DNA from: Eledone cirrhosa
Taxonomy: Eukaryota
Assembly (NCBI GenBank): GCA_964016885.1
Contig: OZ024740.1
Span: 378,324,001 to 378,388,000, forward strand
Reading direction: 5' to 3'
DNA: 64,000 nt
Notes under the pieces: generated by a model
Database searches by the model: none
What the model was told of the DNA's origin: nothing
The model's input: only the letters and a program-made list of their open reading frames with translations
Program-made: the position numbers and the translations under genes
Shown: piece by piece, positions 26,292-40,878 of the stretch
Layout: each line of letters opens with the position of its first letter
How positions within the stretch are numbered: position 1 is the stretch's first letter

Positions 26292-26728
26292 TATACGATA
26301 TTAATAAATGGAAACTATATTTATAAAACCATATTTATTTCATTATACATATTTCAGGGATACCACATTAAATTATGGTATGCCTTCATCAGACAAAATA
26401 CAATATATAACAGTTTTACAAATAGGTTTGACGTACCCTTTAAAATACAACCATTACTTTTGGAGCCTCCAAAAGTAATGGTTGTATTTTAAAGGGTACG
26501 TCAAACCTATTTGTAAAACTGTTATATATTGTATTTTGTCTGATGAAGGCATACCATAATTTAATGTGGTATCCCTGAAATATGTATAATGAAATAAATA
26601 TGGTTTTATAAATATAGTTTCCATTTATTAATATCGTATATCTACTCCAAAAATTTGTCGAGTGCTTTATATCAGTTATAAAAATATTTACTTGTTGTAT
26701 CCCAACAACTTTAAATAGAACTTTTGCA
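26291..26728 (+). mobile_element. Penelope-type fold-back element 1 (175-bp perfect palindrome arms plus unique tail)
   Basis: 26291-26465 is the reverse complement of 26467-26641 with a 1-nt centre. It contains a hammerhead; tail 26642-26728 has TCGAGTGC; (TA)n on both sides. Confidence 0.8.
26532..26596 (+). ncRNA. Type I hammerhead ribozyme (mirror copy on minus strand, 26336-26400)
   Basis: Stem I TATTTTGT/ATGAAATA; CTGATGA 26540-26546; stem II AGGcATACCA..TGGTATcCCT; GAAA 26577-26580; near-palindromic stem III ATATGTAT; predicted cleavage after AUA (26588). Confidence 0.75.
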
Positions 26729-26744
26729 TATATATATATATGTC

Positions 26745-27080
26745 ATATTTATTTTACTCTGGGTCAACATTTGTCTGATGTAGTCTTGATGTATACGGTG
26801 TAGAACCTTTGCTTTATACATTTTAGTTTAGCTCAGTTTAGTACCATTTCCTGTCAAATCCTAGACCACATTCAAAGAAAGGCCATTTGATTAATTGGCA
26901 AGAAGTCACTCACAAACACAGTTCACCTCCAGATTGTCTTCTCTCCCTTCTACAATGGCCTCTGTTTATCAGAGCTAGCTGGACTTATACTATCTCAATT
27001 TAAGTACTCCTGACTCACCAATCTCTCCTACTTTCTTCCTAGGCTGTCTACTCTTCCTAGGCTCTGTACAAACTACTTTG
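26745..27080 (+). mobile_element. CR1/L2-type LINE 3' remnant
   Basis: LDHIQRKAI*LIG and FYNGLCLSEL; homologous to 31060-31138 joined to 34483-34560. Confidence 0.55.
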
Positions 27081-30000
27081 CCTAGTTCTTACTCCCCAGA
27101 ACACCTTTTGGAATCCCCTCCTTGTACATATTTTTTCTGTAGTCATAAACTTGCAACTGTTTAAGAGGAGAGTTAACAGCATTAATCAAAATGGTCTCAG
27201 AGGGCTTGTAAAGGCCATGGGCACAACCCCTTCCTCCAGACAAAACCAATAAAAACAGAATAGAAAAACATTGGATCAGATGCCTATAATTGCTAACCTG
27301 TTTATTATAAATTTTAATCAATTTATTTTGACTATCATTATAACAATTTCTTTCGAAAATTGTTGTTCTTTTACATCAATTTTAAAATTATAGAGCAATT
27401 ACATATATACCATCATAGAAATAAAAATATTACAAAATAGTACAATTATTAATTCGTTGTATTGGTTCCAAAGGTATTGTTTCGACTGATAAATTTTATG
27501 AATAATAAGTAAGATGTAAGTTAGGTTAAGGTATTGAAAGTTACTGTAAACTGGCATCCATAATTTATCCTTAAGTCTGGATTTTTCTATTATGAATTTT
27601 GGGGAAATAATTTCTACCTAATTACTACATCTCAGAAATGGATGAGATTTGTTTTGTTGCTTTCAACCTGAAAGTGTTGCACCATTGCAACTCATGATCA
27701 GGAAGCAATACCTGCAAGTAATATGTTCTAAATAACATGTCTAGGGCAAAATGAGTCAGCTAAGTAGTGGTAATACTGTACTACATCCTTCTTCTTCACC
27801 TCGTTTTTCTCACTACCACTCACTGTCTCTACTTACATCATTATATCAACATCTTTTACAATATTATATAATATCATTTCTACAATCAATATCATAGTGA
27901 TATTAATAAAATTAAACAAAGATACATATTGTATATTAGTTAAAAATAAACAATTTTTTTGTGAGAGATAAATTTGTGCCAGAGTGAGTCTATTTATTGA
28001 GAAATTACAATTAAAGTAAGAATATGCTTTCTTTCAGATGTAGAAATTCTAGAAGTGTGCTTGTCAGGCAGTAAGAGTTGTTTGTTGGCTCTACTTATAA
28101 ACTAAAAGCATTCCGTGCCAGTGATAAAAATAATCTCACTTATAAATTTCGACCAGAAAATGTTATTTATATGACAAAAGACAACTATTAATATTTATCA
28201 TTATTATTACTATATAGCAGTGGTTACTAAACATATTATTGGGTGGGTGGGGGAATCTTGTATGCACTGTGGATATTTGAACATTAAAAAAATGTTGAGA
28301 ACATTTTATAATTAAGATAATTAATAACCAAATATACTAAAAGTGTCAAAGAAAGTGATCTAAAAAAAGTCTCTGGTTTAGGATTGTTAAAAAAAGATTG
28401 GGTTTGAATTAGAAAACACTATAACTAACATTTTTATCTTTCTGATAAAAAAAAAAAAATGAAAGACATTTTTTATCTTCTATGTTCTAGTTAAGATATG
28501 ATTAGTCCTGTTATCAATTTCATTGCATGTCATATAAGCAATGTTGAAATAATTAATCAGAGATTAGTAGATTTTTTTTCTGCTAGGAATCAGACATTTC
28601 TTTTAAATTATAGTAAAGTGATGTAAGAGGTTGTATATTTTTAAAATTGTATAACACAAAAAAATATTTAGAGAAATTAAATTTTTGTCAATATACATAA
28701 CATATTGAGACATCTTAATTAGAGATCAAAATTAAATCAAACTCTCAAACTATATCTCATTTCCCTTCAATAGGGACTCGCACTCAACATATCATACTCA
28801 CAGAAATTAATTACTAAAAATTACCTCCAATAAGTCTAGCAAATGTACAGCCTGTGTAGAAAACATAGTAAAGAAATAAAACATGCACAAACATACTTAG
28901 AGCACCAACAAGCATTATATTTGACCATCACAAATAAACAAGAATAGCACTAATGCTAATTTTACCAGATCCTCTAACTTTTCCACAACATACTACACAA
29001 AAAAGACACAAAACAAACAAAACACACACACACTTTGTACTATTATAAGTTATATACAGACACCATTCATAGACTACTTACACATGCCAAAAACAAAAGT
29101 AGTCAAAATTAAACATTACCTTGTTTTCAAGTAGCACATTTTATTTCCACAATCTCCAGCCAGCAAAATCCTTGCCACTACATTATAGTAAACTCTAAAC
29201 ATGCAAACTCATCTACAATGCTACCCTAAGAACTTTATCCTTCCCACATAGTCTAGACAATTTAAACAACTCATAGATACAAAAACAAATTGTAATATCA
29301 ATAACCTCATCATCCATAAACAATGCATACTATTGATAAGTGTAGATAACCTCAATTGTTATACTGTGATCATGTCTGCCATGCTTGCCTCTATTGTAGC
29401 CATTGACAGAACTTACAAGCATATAAAAACAGACTGGACAATGAAAAAGTGCTACAACCTGAACTGCCACATTGCACTCATACAATAAAATCACTGCATT
29501 TTCAAGAATTGAGTATGATCATCAACTAGGCACCAGAATAATATATAGAGAACAATGGATAAATGACTAACTGTGTATTCCGTTTAGTCATTTGATTTGT
29601 TACTTACATACCACAGGTTTTCTCTATCAGAGATGATCTAGGGTTACACAACAACATAAAATACTTAAAATTGATCTGCCTGTTATCATTAGCAATATCA
29701 GTTGGATGAACAATTTCAATCTGAAATTAACCTCCAAACCAACATTTCCATAGTCATCACAAACTCCGTATTTATTAGGTCATCCACCCCTATCTAATCA
29801 ATGCAACACAATTGACCAAATCTCTAATACTTCAAATTTGGTTACTGGCCAGTTTTATGTCAAATACCACTGGAAATATTGTGCTTCATCAATGACTAGA
29901 GGAATAAGATTTGTACAGTCTAGCCCCTGATCTCTTTTTGTTGTGGAACTCTTTTTTTTATCATAAATGAGCCTCGAACACTCTTTGCTTTTCTTAAGAC

Positions 30001-30089
30001 TTTATTTCTGAAGCAATGACAAAAGAAGTTCTCAGCATGTCTGTGTCCATGAGTAAGCCATTTACAAAGTGACGAAAGCACTTTGACGT

Positions 30090-31138
30090 CTAGCAAAGAA
30101 GAGTTCCACAACAAAGGGAGATAATGGGCAAGACTGTAGAGTCTTATTCCTCTACTTACGAAGATGATTTTCATTAACTTTCAGAATCCTCCTATTTACC
30201 ACTCCTTTGAGTAGCACTTCTGCTATCAAAACCTTCATATTTGCTGCCCACTTTGCTTCCAACACTACAATTCACACACACATCAAATCTCCATCCAAAC
30301 TTCTCCACTTTAACGAACTCACCATCTTGTACATACAATTACTAAATGTGAAAGGTCTTTGGATTGTTCTAATCCACCTAGGCAATTAGTCCAAATGGTG
30401 TCCATTCCATTATCCCTAAAACAATACTCTCCAGAGTTAGCACCTTTCACCATTAAACTCTTCAATCTTTCTCTCAGGATTTATCCCAATATTTTGAAAC
30501 ATGGGTTCGTATGTTCCATCCCCCCAAAAAGCAATGTCTCTGTCAATTAAGAACCTAGCACCCTCACTTTCAATATCTCAGAGATAATGGAAACTTTTGT
30601 AAACTATGACCATAAGTCTCTCTTCATTTGTGACTGCCAATACAGTTTCCATAGTACCAAATCTATCAAAAATTCTTTCTCCTACACCATGCACCAAATG
30701 GTTCTCACTCATAAGAACTTTAGCAAAATCAATCTTTTTCACTTGGAAATATCATAGCTATGTTGCCCACTTATCGGCTGCATCTCTCTCTTATCTCTTC
30801 AACTGGAAGTTTCTTTTTAGATCATATCAAAAACAGAATTATAACCCTCAGCATTATTACAAATTCTACACCTCACAATCTCAGATGAACTTTCACAGAG
30901 ACCTCATACACTTAACATTGCCCAATAAACTGCATCCCAAACACATGGCATCTTCATCAGAGTGATAAATTATTTCAAACCTGGTCAGTTGCTGATTCTT
31001 TACACATTGGTGCACTGTTCACATACATAACACAGTGGTGCTTGTGCACACATAAACACCCTAGACTACATTAAAAAAGATGGTCATTCACTTACATGCA
31101 AAACCTCGTGTTATTCTTTCTCTCTGTTTTTGTACCAC
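30090..31138 (+). mobile_element. CR1/L2-type LINE RT remnant, interrupted by the RTE insertion and resuming at 34483
   Basis: LKQYSPELAPFTIKLFNLSL..KHGFVCSIPPK and LDYIKK; sequence resumes TATAATAGTCTCTAC after the RTE tail. Confidence 0.65.
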
Positions 31139-34100
31139 GAGTGTCGACAAATGGCCAAAACTCTGAGTTGGTACCATCAATGTAGGCTCAATGAAAGGAA
31201 GAGCAGGAGAAATCATAGAAATGCTAGAGCGAAAGGAAATTGATGTATGCTGTGTGCAAGAGACTAGATGGAGAGGAGAGTTTGCCAGAGTCCTGGTAGG
31301 AAAAAGTCGGTGCTACAAATTTTTCTGGGTGGGAAATGACGATGGGATGGGTGGTGTAGGTATACTACTAGCTGACAAGTGGGTAGATAAAGTAATCTCA
31401 GTGTACAGGGTAAATGCAAGAATCATTAAACTCAGACTAGTCCTGAATAAAACAATTACCACAATAATATCAGCTTACGCACCCCAATCGGGGCTGCCAG
31501 ACGAACTTAAGGATAGGTTTTACGAGTCCCTAATGCACACTACTGCTCTAACAGACGACAATGACTTCCTAATCATCGCAGGAGATTTTAACGGACACGT
31601 AGGTAAACACTGCGACGGCTTCAATAGAGTACATGGAGGCCATGGGGTTGGCACAAGAAATGAGGAAGGATTCAGACTTCTAGAATTCTGCGATGCCAAT
31701 GACATGTCGATATGTAACACAAACTTTAAAAAATCCGACAACCACCTGATCACCTATAGATCAGGGGAGCACTCCAGTCAGATAGATTTTATCCTCATCA
31801 GAGGACGTGACAGATGGACGGTCGTAAACACAAAAGCCTTCCCTAGTGAAAAATGTATATCCCAACATAGCTTAGTTGTCAGCGACCTCACGGTCAGAAC
31901 TAGACGAACCTGGAAACAGAGGCCAACCTGGAGAAGAAAGATCTGGAAGCTGAAAGTCCCCTCAACCAGTAACAGATTTAAAGATATTTTACTCAACGCC
32001 TACGACAGTAAAGAAGAACAGATAGAGACATACAATGTAGAAGAGAACCGGGAGTTCCTAAAAAATAATTTACTAGAGGCGACGGATGAGGTCTGTGGCT
32101 GGAGTAAGACCAAGCAGGAGGAGAGTGACTTGGTGGTGGAACAATAAGGTAGATGAAGCAGTTAAGGCCAAGAGACAGGCATGGAAAGAATGGAAGAATG
32201 GGGGGAGCAGGGTACATTACAGAGAGGCCAAGAGGGAAGCTAGGCGACAAGTATACTTAGCTAGGAGGGAAGCAGAGGATAGAAAATTCAAGCATGTTTT
32301 GCAATGTGAGGACCAGAAAGATTGCGAGGCAGTGTGTCAGAGATAGTTGTGATGTCATTGGAGAGAAGTGTATCCGGAATGATAAAGGTGAGCTTGCCCT
32401 CACAAGTGCTGAGAAGAAAGATGCATGGAAGAGTCATTATGATAGATTACTAAATGAGGAGAATGCATGGGAAGAAGAGACCCTACCCCAAGTAGACCCT
32501 ATAGAGGGGCCAGCAGTACAAGTCAGCAGCAACGTAGTAAGTAAGGCAATCAAAGATATGAAGATGGGGAAGGCAACCGGTCCATCGGGTATAGCTGCCG
32601 AGATGCTGAAGGCATCTGGGTCTGTAGGTCACACTATAACCACACATATTGTTAACCAGGTAATACTAGAAGGGGTCATATCAAAAGATTGGTGCAGTAG
32701 CATCATTGTCAACTGCTACAAAGGTAAGGGTGATGCACTAGATAGAGGAAACTATAGAGGTATGAAGTTGATGGACCAGGTCATGAAAGTAACAGAAAGA
32801 GTTATAGCACAGTTGATTAGGGACCGGGTGAAAATAGACAAGATGCAATTTGGGTTTGTACCAGGAGAGGCACCACTGATGCCCTCTTCCTTGTGAGGCA
32901 GTTACAGGAAAAGTACCTAGCTAATAGTAAGCCACTCTAATTGGCATTTGTCGACCTTGAGAAAGCCTTTGACAGAGTTCCACGTGCTGTAATCTGGTGG
33001 GCTCTTAGAAAACTAGGAGTAGATGAATGGCTTGTGAAAGCAGTACAAACCATATATAAGGGAGCAGTCAGCAAAGTTAGGATTAGCAATGAGTATAGCG
33101 AGGAATTTAGCGTACAGGTTGGGGTCCACCAGGGCTCTGTTCTTAGCCCCCTCCTGTTCATCATAGTCCTGCAGGCAATAATGGAGGAGTTTAAGACTGG
33201 ATGCCCATGGGAACTCCTGTATGCTGATGACCTCGCACTCATAGCTGAATCTATGGTAGAACTAGAGAATAAATTCCAAACTTGGAAGCAGGGACTAGAA
33301 AGAAAGGGTCTCAAAGTCAACATGACAAAGACTAAGGTCCTTGTAAGTAGACGAGAAAACAGAACCCAGATCCCCTCAGGTAAATGGCCTTGCTCAGTAT
33401 GTAGGAAAGGTGTAGGTAGGAACTCCATTCTCTGCCCCAAATGCAAACAATGGGTACACAAGAGATGTAGCGGGATCTCAGGAAGCTTAATTAAGAATGT
33501 AGGCTTCACATTCAGCAGCTGTGCTGGGACAGCAAGCAGCAAACAGCCACAGGAAACAAGTACCACCAATCTCTGGGAGGGCTCTGTAGAAACAGTAGAC
33601 AGCTTCTGCTACCTAGGTGACCGAATTAGCAGCGGAGGTGGGTGTTCAGAAAGTACAATAACTAGGGTAAGAACGGGATGGAAGAAGTTTAGGGAACTAC
33701 TACCACTGCTAGCTGCAAAAGGCTTCTCCCTCAGAATGAAAGGCAGACTGTATGATGCGTGTATCCGAACAGCAATGTTGCATGGTAGTGAGACCTGGGC
33801 GCTGAAGGTGGAAGACTTACGTAGATTAGAGAAAAACGAAGCCTGCATGCTCCGATGGATGTGTAACAGTAATATACGTGAACGACAAAGCATAAATGAA
33901 TTGAGAGAGAGACTGAGCATAAGAGGAATCAAATGCTGTGTGCAGGAGAGGCGGTTGCGCTGGTATGGACATGTGATGCGTATGAAGGATGACAGATTGC
34001 ATAAAAAAGTGCAGAGCACTGGAAGTTGATGGAAACCGCGGAGTGGGGAGACCCAAGATGACCTGGGATGAAGTGATAAAAGCCGACCTTACCCAATTAC

Positions 34101-34482
34101 ACCTCTCAAAGGCAATGACACATGACCGTGACCTCTGGCGTCACGCAGTAATACAGAGTACCCGACCTCCCATGGGTACAAGCTGAAGCATATAGACAAT
34201 ATGCCCCCACACCCCCCACCGCAAGGTGGTCGTGGAGGTGCCACGGCAAAAAAGCACCCAGCCCACACTGTAAAGTGGACGTGTAGGTGCCACGAAAAAG
34301 CTCCCAGCACTCACTGTAAATGAGGTTGGTGTTAGGAAGGGCATCCAGCTGTAGAAATCAAGCCAAATCAGTTCCTGTATGAGCAAGGCATGGTCAGCCG
34401 ACAATAGGACAACCCGTCTAACCCATGCTAGCGTGGAAGAACGGACGTAAAACGGTGATGATGATGATGATGATGATGATGA
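31139..34482 (+). mobile_element. RTE family A LINE, near full-length (APE endonuclease, RT, PHD-like insert), disrupted
   Basis: APE motifs VCCVQETRW, AYAPQ, GDFNGH, SQIDFIL; RT motifs FVDLEKAFDRV, GVHQGSVLSP, LYADD; several frameshifts and a stop; (GAT)n tail 34456-34482. Confidence 0.95.
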
Positions 34483-37400
34483 CTATAATAGTCTCTACTT
34501 TCCTGAATTAACATAGCTAGCTGTATACTCCCTCCTCTCTTTCTCTCTTTACCCCCTACTGTGACTCACCTTGTAGAAGAACTCTGCTAGACACAACGCA
34601 ATACTTCTTTGATAGAATCGCTTTCCCTAGAATTCCCTTACTATCTGCATAGTTCAATATCAAGTGCACCAATCTCACTTTAAAAGACACTATATCTTCT
34701 GCATTATTCAACTTATATTGGTTTCCAATGTTTGAAAATCTGACCCTGATCCCCAAAACAATCAACATTTTAGCTTGTTATTTTGATGACCTTTTCTTAT
34801 AATCTCCCAGAGATAGTTGCAACACACATGGGAAAAGATGCTATGGAATGTATTATCAGTAGATTACCATTCAGCATATTCAGACGTTCTTCAACTATCT
34901 CAGACTACAAAAAGATCTTGAAAACCTTTGGATATAAATAAACAGGTAATTTGTGTAAATGGGACATGTAAAGTTTTGGGAAATTTTCAGTTATTTTTTG
35001 TAATTAGTGAAAAAAAAAAAAGTGTATTGTGTGGATACTAAAGGGAATCAGATACAGTTCTAAATCCTGAGTTTCTTACTACGAAGGAAAATTAGATGGA
35101 TTGGTTTTTATTAGACTATATACATTGGTAGGATAATATACATACAATTAAGTAGTGTTAATCGGCATACTATACAAAGAACATAAAAGATAAACAGCTG
35201 TATATAGGAAACTGAGGCGTTTAGAGTTAAACAGATGAGAAGGCAATGTTATTTATTAGCTTAAATTATCTTCCAGAACATTCCTGTATAAAGAAAATGG
35301 TTTAGAATTCAGTGAAAAAAAAACCCTTAAAATAGTATAAAATATAGAATAAAGCACTGTTACTACAAGGAAAAATTGCATAGAATTTAAAAAAGAAAGA
35401 AAACAAACAATTTTAAAGATAAAAAAATCAATTTATAAAAGTGAATGTTGGCATATATAGCTTTCACCTATGATTTTACCACATCTGCTTCGTAATTATA
35501 TATTGTAGCCTATTTTTAGGCATGAAAATATAGCTCTGTTTTGGGGCACGCCTGTATTGTGTTTTACAACATCTATATTTCTTATATGTAACATAACTTG
35601 CATAGCTTTTGTTAGTATATTATCATTCAGTGTCTTTTTAAAAAGAGATTTGCTACTCATAATGCAATTTCAGCTTAACCTATTCCATATTTTGCGAATG
35701 TTGTGTTTGCCAAGCTTACTTTTTCTCTCTTTTTATAAACCCAAAATACTGAGCACATTTTATTAAATTTCTATTGTCTTGAGATAGGATGGTCTTCAAT
35801 TGCAATTGAGGAAGCCTTCAAGAAAATTTTATCAAAGTAATTTAGTAATATATATGAAATAATATATAAAGAGGTATTGACATTAAAAAAATCTCTTACA
35901 GTTAGAATGCTAGATTTATTTATCAGTAGTTCAGAGTAACTTACATAATATTTTTTGATATGTTGCATTTATAGCAATTTTCTGGGGTTGTTGTTTATCT
36001 TCATTCCTGATTAAGCAGACCTATGACCAAAGGCATTCCACTTGTGACCATCCATATTTGTTCAGATATAGTATATTTAGGTCTACAATAGCATCACAAC
36101 TAAATACTCTTTACATCCTAAACAACACACCTACATACTTTCACCAAGCTAACTGCAACAACTCTTCTAACATTACCTTTTGCTCCTCACACCTAGCCAC
36201 CATAAGCATAGGACAAACAACTCCCCAACTCTTTTCTGACTATCTACTCATCATCATTACAACATAAATATCAATGAAAAAGATAAAAGTACCTCTACAA
36301 AACTTCAAAAAACTTAGTGGAATTTATTCCTGTAGGAGACAGAATAAAGTTTTACAGAATTCAACAATAACTAAAAAAAGCACTGTAAAAAAAAAAAATG
36401 TAAGGAAGGGAAGCATACAAATACAACCGCAATTACACAAACAAAAATAGCCAATTTGATACCATTCAAGGTTTTATCAAATTGGCTATTTTTGCATGGA
36501 CACAGTCGAATGACTGAAACATAAAAGGTGTGAAAGATATTGGACAACTTCAAACACAACACATAAAAAGAAATGAAACTCTGCAGTATACAAACAAACA
36601 AAAATCACCCAAAGAAAATAAATAAAAAAAAAAACCGAAAGAAATACAGAAAACTAACATGTGTATCCAACATTGACTACAAAATATATACTAAGTAATG
36701 AGCTTACATGACCTCACACTCTTACAAAACATCCACTCAGCCCCATACAGAGATGACATCATACTCATATGTTCCCATTATTCTCCAGATACAATTGCAC
36801 ATCTCCAACTCTACACCAATCTCTTAAAAACTTGCCTTAAAAAGAATTAAAGTAGCACATATTAGATCCATTTTCTCACTTCTTACCAGCAACACTCTTG
36901 GATTGCTAATCTGTCCTTTAAACCTTAATTACATAAAATGGTTCTTTTCAGTATATGCTACACATAGACCTTATCCATATACTACATTCACAACAAACAT
37001 TACTGAAAATGGTTCTAGTGTAAGGTAAACTTAGTTATGAATTATAAAGTTGCCAATTTATTTTTTGTAGAAATATTGAAAAAAACATGTAGTATGCTAA
37101 TATTATGGCAGTTGTCATCATCTCCACATTTGAATGAGAAGTATTTTTCCATAAATATGAAAATATTTTTTTCCCCCCTGATCTCATGAAGAAAGCACTG
37201 CCTACTTGTATTTGCCAAGGATGTGATGAATAAGCAACTAAGTCAATATATAAATTAGAATTGTTTCCAGTGATTAAATAATTTAGAGATACTATCTGCA
37301 TGAAAAACAATAGATAAATTACTGTTAACATATATTATTAGAAATAAATATGCAGTGAGAAAAAAATCCATATTAGTCAATGACTAATATTATTTTCATT

Positions 37401-37499
37401 TCCCAGCAAGTATAGTTTTAATAAAAAGAACTTATTTCTAATTAGAAAATAGTTTAAATAAAGTATGACATATTATGCACATAAAATGCACATAAAAAA

Positions 37500-37714
37500 A
37501 TATTCATTTTCGTGATCCCCTAGGGCCTGCATTAGGTGAAAACTGCATTTTTCCTGCTTCATTGAGGAAAATCTTAAAGATTATCCAGCCATCAGAGTAT
37601 TCGGTTTATTTTCTTTACATATTGTCGGGGCATGCAGTTTTTCCACGATTAGGCCTGTTGGCGGCCCACATTCCAAAATACCTTATCCTGTGCGCCGCCG
37701 GGTGCCACTGCTAG
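37500..37714 (+). mobile_element. Helitron-like 3' terminal fragment
   Basis: CCTGTGCGCCGCCGGGTGCCACTGCTAG|T resembles the terminus at 418-446; internal imperfect inverted repeat ~37522-37548 / 37632-37656. 5' boundary uncertain. Confidence 0.5.
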
Positions 37715-38049
37715 TTATATATATTTATGCAGAAAGTATAGTATGTTATAAGATTTTGTACAGTATGTTTTGGTATAATTTGGTAGGGTAAAATGAAGTA
37801 CAGTATATGCAGTAATTCAATAAAATATGTTAAAATATACTAAAGAATGTATGAAGAAAACTGTAATTTTGTTGTCTGAAACTATAGATGAAATTATACC
37901 TTTAAATTATCATATGTTCAGGTGCATTTCTTCTATAGATGAGCTATGCAAGAAGCTAGTTTTTATAAGCATTAGTTAATGAAAGTGACAGAATTTCCAT
38001 GATGAAAGCTGTTTTTGAGCAAGTAACTAAAATAGGCTAAGCAAGATAT

Positions 38050-40878
38050 ATCATCATCATCATCATCATCGTTTAACGTCCGTGTTCCACGCTTGCATGG
38101 GTTTGGACGGAGGGTTTTCCCACTTGAGGCAAGAGTGGTTATCTTGTTCGCATAGGACTATCTGGCGGGTTTTCTACAGCTGGATGCCCTTCCTAACACC
38201 AACCACATTTACAGTGTGGGGCTGGGAGGTTTTTACCGTGTTGCCTACACGGCCACATTACAGCGTGAACTGTGTGTTTTTTTGACGTGACACCTACACG
38301 ATCTCATTTGTTTCGGCCTGGATGTTGTGGCACTGACATAACTTTACATTGAAAGGGGCGGTGTGGATGGGGGGAGGGGGGACGGGGGGGGGGGGGGGGG
38401 GGTTTGTAATTTTGTTAGAGATGCCTACTGACTGTAGTAGGTTTTACTTTGTATTTAGGTAAGGCGGGTCTTCTCTATTACTGAGTACCGCCAAAGGTCT
38501 CGGTCCAGTGACATTGTCTTGGTGAGGTATAAGTGTGTGAGGTCAGAATTTAACAGCTCGTCCCAGGTTTTTCTGGGTCTGCCTATTCCGTGGCTACCGT
38601 CTATCTTTATTGCCCTGCACTTTGTTATACAGCTATCGTCTTTCATGCGCATCACGTGACCATACCAACGTAGCCTTCTCTCGAGTAAACAACATCTGAT
38701 CCCTCTTATTTCTAATTTTTTCCTTAGTTCGTTTATGCTTTGCGGTTCACGTATATTACTATTACACATCCAGCAGAGCATGCAAGCTTCGTTTCTCTCT
38801 AGTCTGCGTATATCCTCTGCACACAATGCCCAGGTCTCACTGCCATGCAACATTGCTGTTCGTATGCAGGCATCATACAACCTGCCTTTCATTTTTAGGG
38901 AGAACCCGTTAGCGGCTAATAGTGGTATAAGCTCTCTGAACGTTTTCCATCCAGTTCTGACTCTAGCTACAGTACTTTCAGAACACCCTCCCCCACTGCT
39001 GATTTTGTCACCCAGGTAACGGTAGCTGTCCACTATTTCTATAGAACCCTCTGCGCAGTTGAAAGAGCTAGTATTTTGTGGGCACTTGCTGCTACTTATT
39101 GCACCAGAGGACCGGCCACATGTAAAATCTATGTTCTTAGTTAGCTTACCTGTGATCCCACTACATCTTTTATGCACCCATACTTTGCATTTGGGACACA
39201 AAATGGAGTTTCTGCCTACGCCTTTCCTACACACTGAGCATGGCCACTTCCCGGAAGGGACCGCCGCCTTGTTTTCTTTCTTACAAACTAGAACTTTAGT
39301 CTTAGCCAGGTTAATTTTAAGGCCTTTTGATTCTAGGCCGTGCTTCCATGTTTGGAATTTCTTCTCTAGCTCGGCCATTGATTCAGCTATGAGTGTTAGG
39401 TCATCTGCGTATAGGAGTTCCCATGGGCAACCGGTCTTGAACTCCTCTGTTATAGCCTGAAGGGCAATAATAAATAGTAGGGGGCTGAGAACAGAGCCCT
39501 GATGGACGCCAACTTTTACGCTAAACTCTTCACTATATTCGTTGTTAATTCTAACCTTGCTGACTGTTTCTTTATACATGGCTTGTATAGCTCTCACAAG
39601 CCATTCAGCAACACCTAGTTTTCTAAGAGCCCACCAGATAATGGAACGGGGGGACTCTGTCGAAGGCTTTCTCCAAGTCGACAAAAGCTAAGTATAGGGG
39701 TTTACTTTTAGCTAGGTACTTCTCCTGTAGTTGTCGTACAATGAAAAGAGCGTCTGTGGTACTTTTTCCTGACACAAACCCGAACTGCATTTCATCTAGA
39801 TCAATTCGCTCTCTGATTAGTTGCGCTATTACTTTCTCCGTGACCTTCATGACCTGGTCGATTAATTTGATGCCTCTATAGTTACTCCTATCTAGGGCAT
39901 CTCCTTTACCCTTATAACAGTTAATGATGATGCTGCTACGCCAGTCCTTCGGAACAACCCCATTCTGTATGACTTGGTTGACTATCCGGGTGACCATGGT
40001 GTGTCCCACCGTACCAGATGCCTTCAGCATCTCGGCAACTATTTCCGAAGGCCCAGCCGCCTTACCCGCCTTCATATCTTTGATTGCCTTACTTATTATA
40101 CTACCCTCGACTAACACTGCTGGTCCCTCTATTGGGTCGATGTGGGGGAGACTGTCTTTCTCCCATTTATTCTCCTCATTTAGTAGCCTTTCATAGTGAC
40201 ACTTCCAAGCTACCTTCTTATCGGCGTCGGTGATGGCAAGTACGCCGTCATCATTAAGTACACACTTCTCCCCAACAATATCACTGTTTTCCTTGACACA
40301 TTGCCTAGCAATCCTGAACACCTCACGTTTTTGGTCCTCACGTTGTAGAACATGCTTGAACTTTCTTTCCTCTGCTTCCCTTCTTGCAAAGTACACTTGT
40401 CTCCTAGCTTCCCTCCTGGCCACTTGATAGTCTTCTCTGCTTCCCCCATCCCGCCATACTTTCCAAGCCTGCTTTTTGGCCTTAATTGACCCCTCCACCT
40501 TACTGTTCCACCACCATGTTACTCTCCTCCTACCTACAGGCCTGCTCCAGCCACAGATTTCGTCTGCCGCCATCAGCAGGTTTGCTTTCAGGAATTCCCA
40601 CTGTTCCTCTACCTTGTACGACTCTAATTGCTCTTCCTTACTGTCGAAAGCATCAAGTAATATGCTTTGAAATTTATTTTTGGCTGTGGGGTCCTTTAGC
40701 TTCCATATTTTTCTCCTGAGGATAGTCCTCTTCTGTTGTCTAGTATGTCTCGTCCTGACTATTAGGTCGCTAATTATCAGTCTATGTTGGGAGGTGCATT
40801 CTTCATGAGGGAGGGATTTAGTGTTTACAACAGTCACTCTGTCACGTCTTCTGGTAAGGATATAATCTACCTGGCTGG
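38050..40878 (-). mobile_element. RTE family B LINE, 5'-truncated
   Basis: ORFs 39623-40878 and 38455-39684 (one frameshift) run from SQVDYIL through the RT and Cys-rich insert; (CAT)n tail; 5' end abuts (TA)n. Confidence 0.95.

Noticed and set aside
26770-26810. CTGATGT resembling a hammerhead core
   Set aside because: No GAAA or pairing stems; lies in a CR1/L2 remnant.
28038-28070. Possible plus-strand 33-nt micro-exon (TTTCAG|..|GTAAGA)
   Set aside because: Splice-like signals only, with no recognisable peptide; expected by chance in AT-rich DNA.
32937-33569. Antisense ORFs over RTE RT regions (also 44286-45434, 51326-52273, 58230-58955)
   Set aside because: Shadow frames of the RT coding strand with no independent protein features.
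37035-37331. 98-aa minus-strand ORF with possible splice sites
   Set aside because: No recognisable domain; composition matches background.
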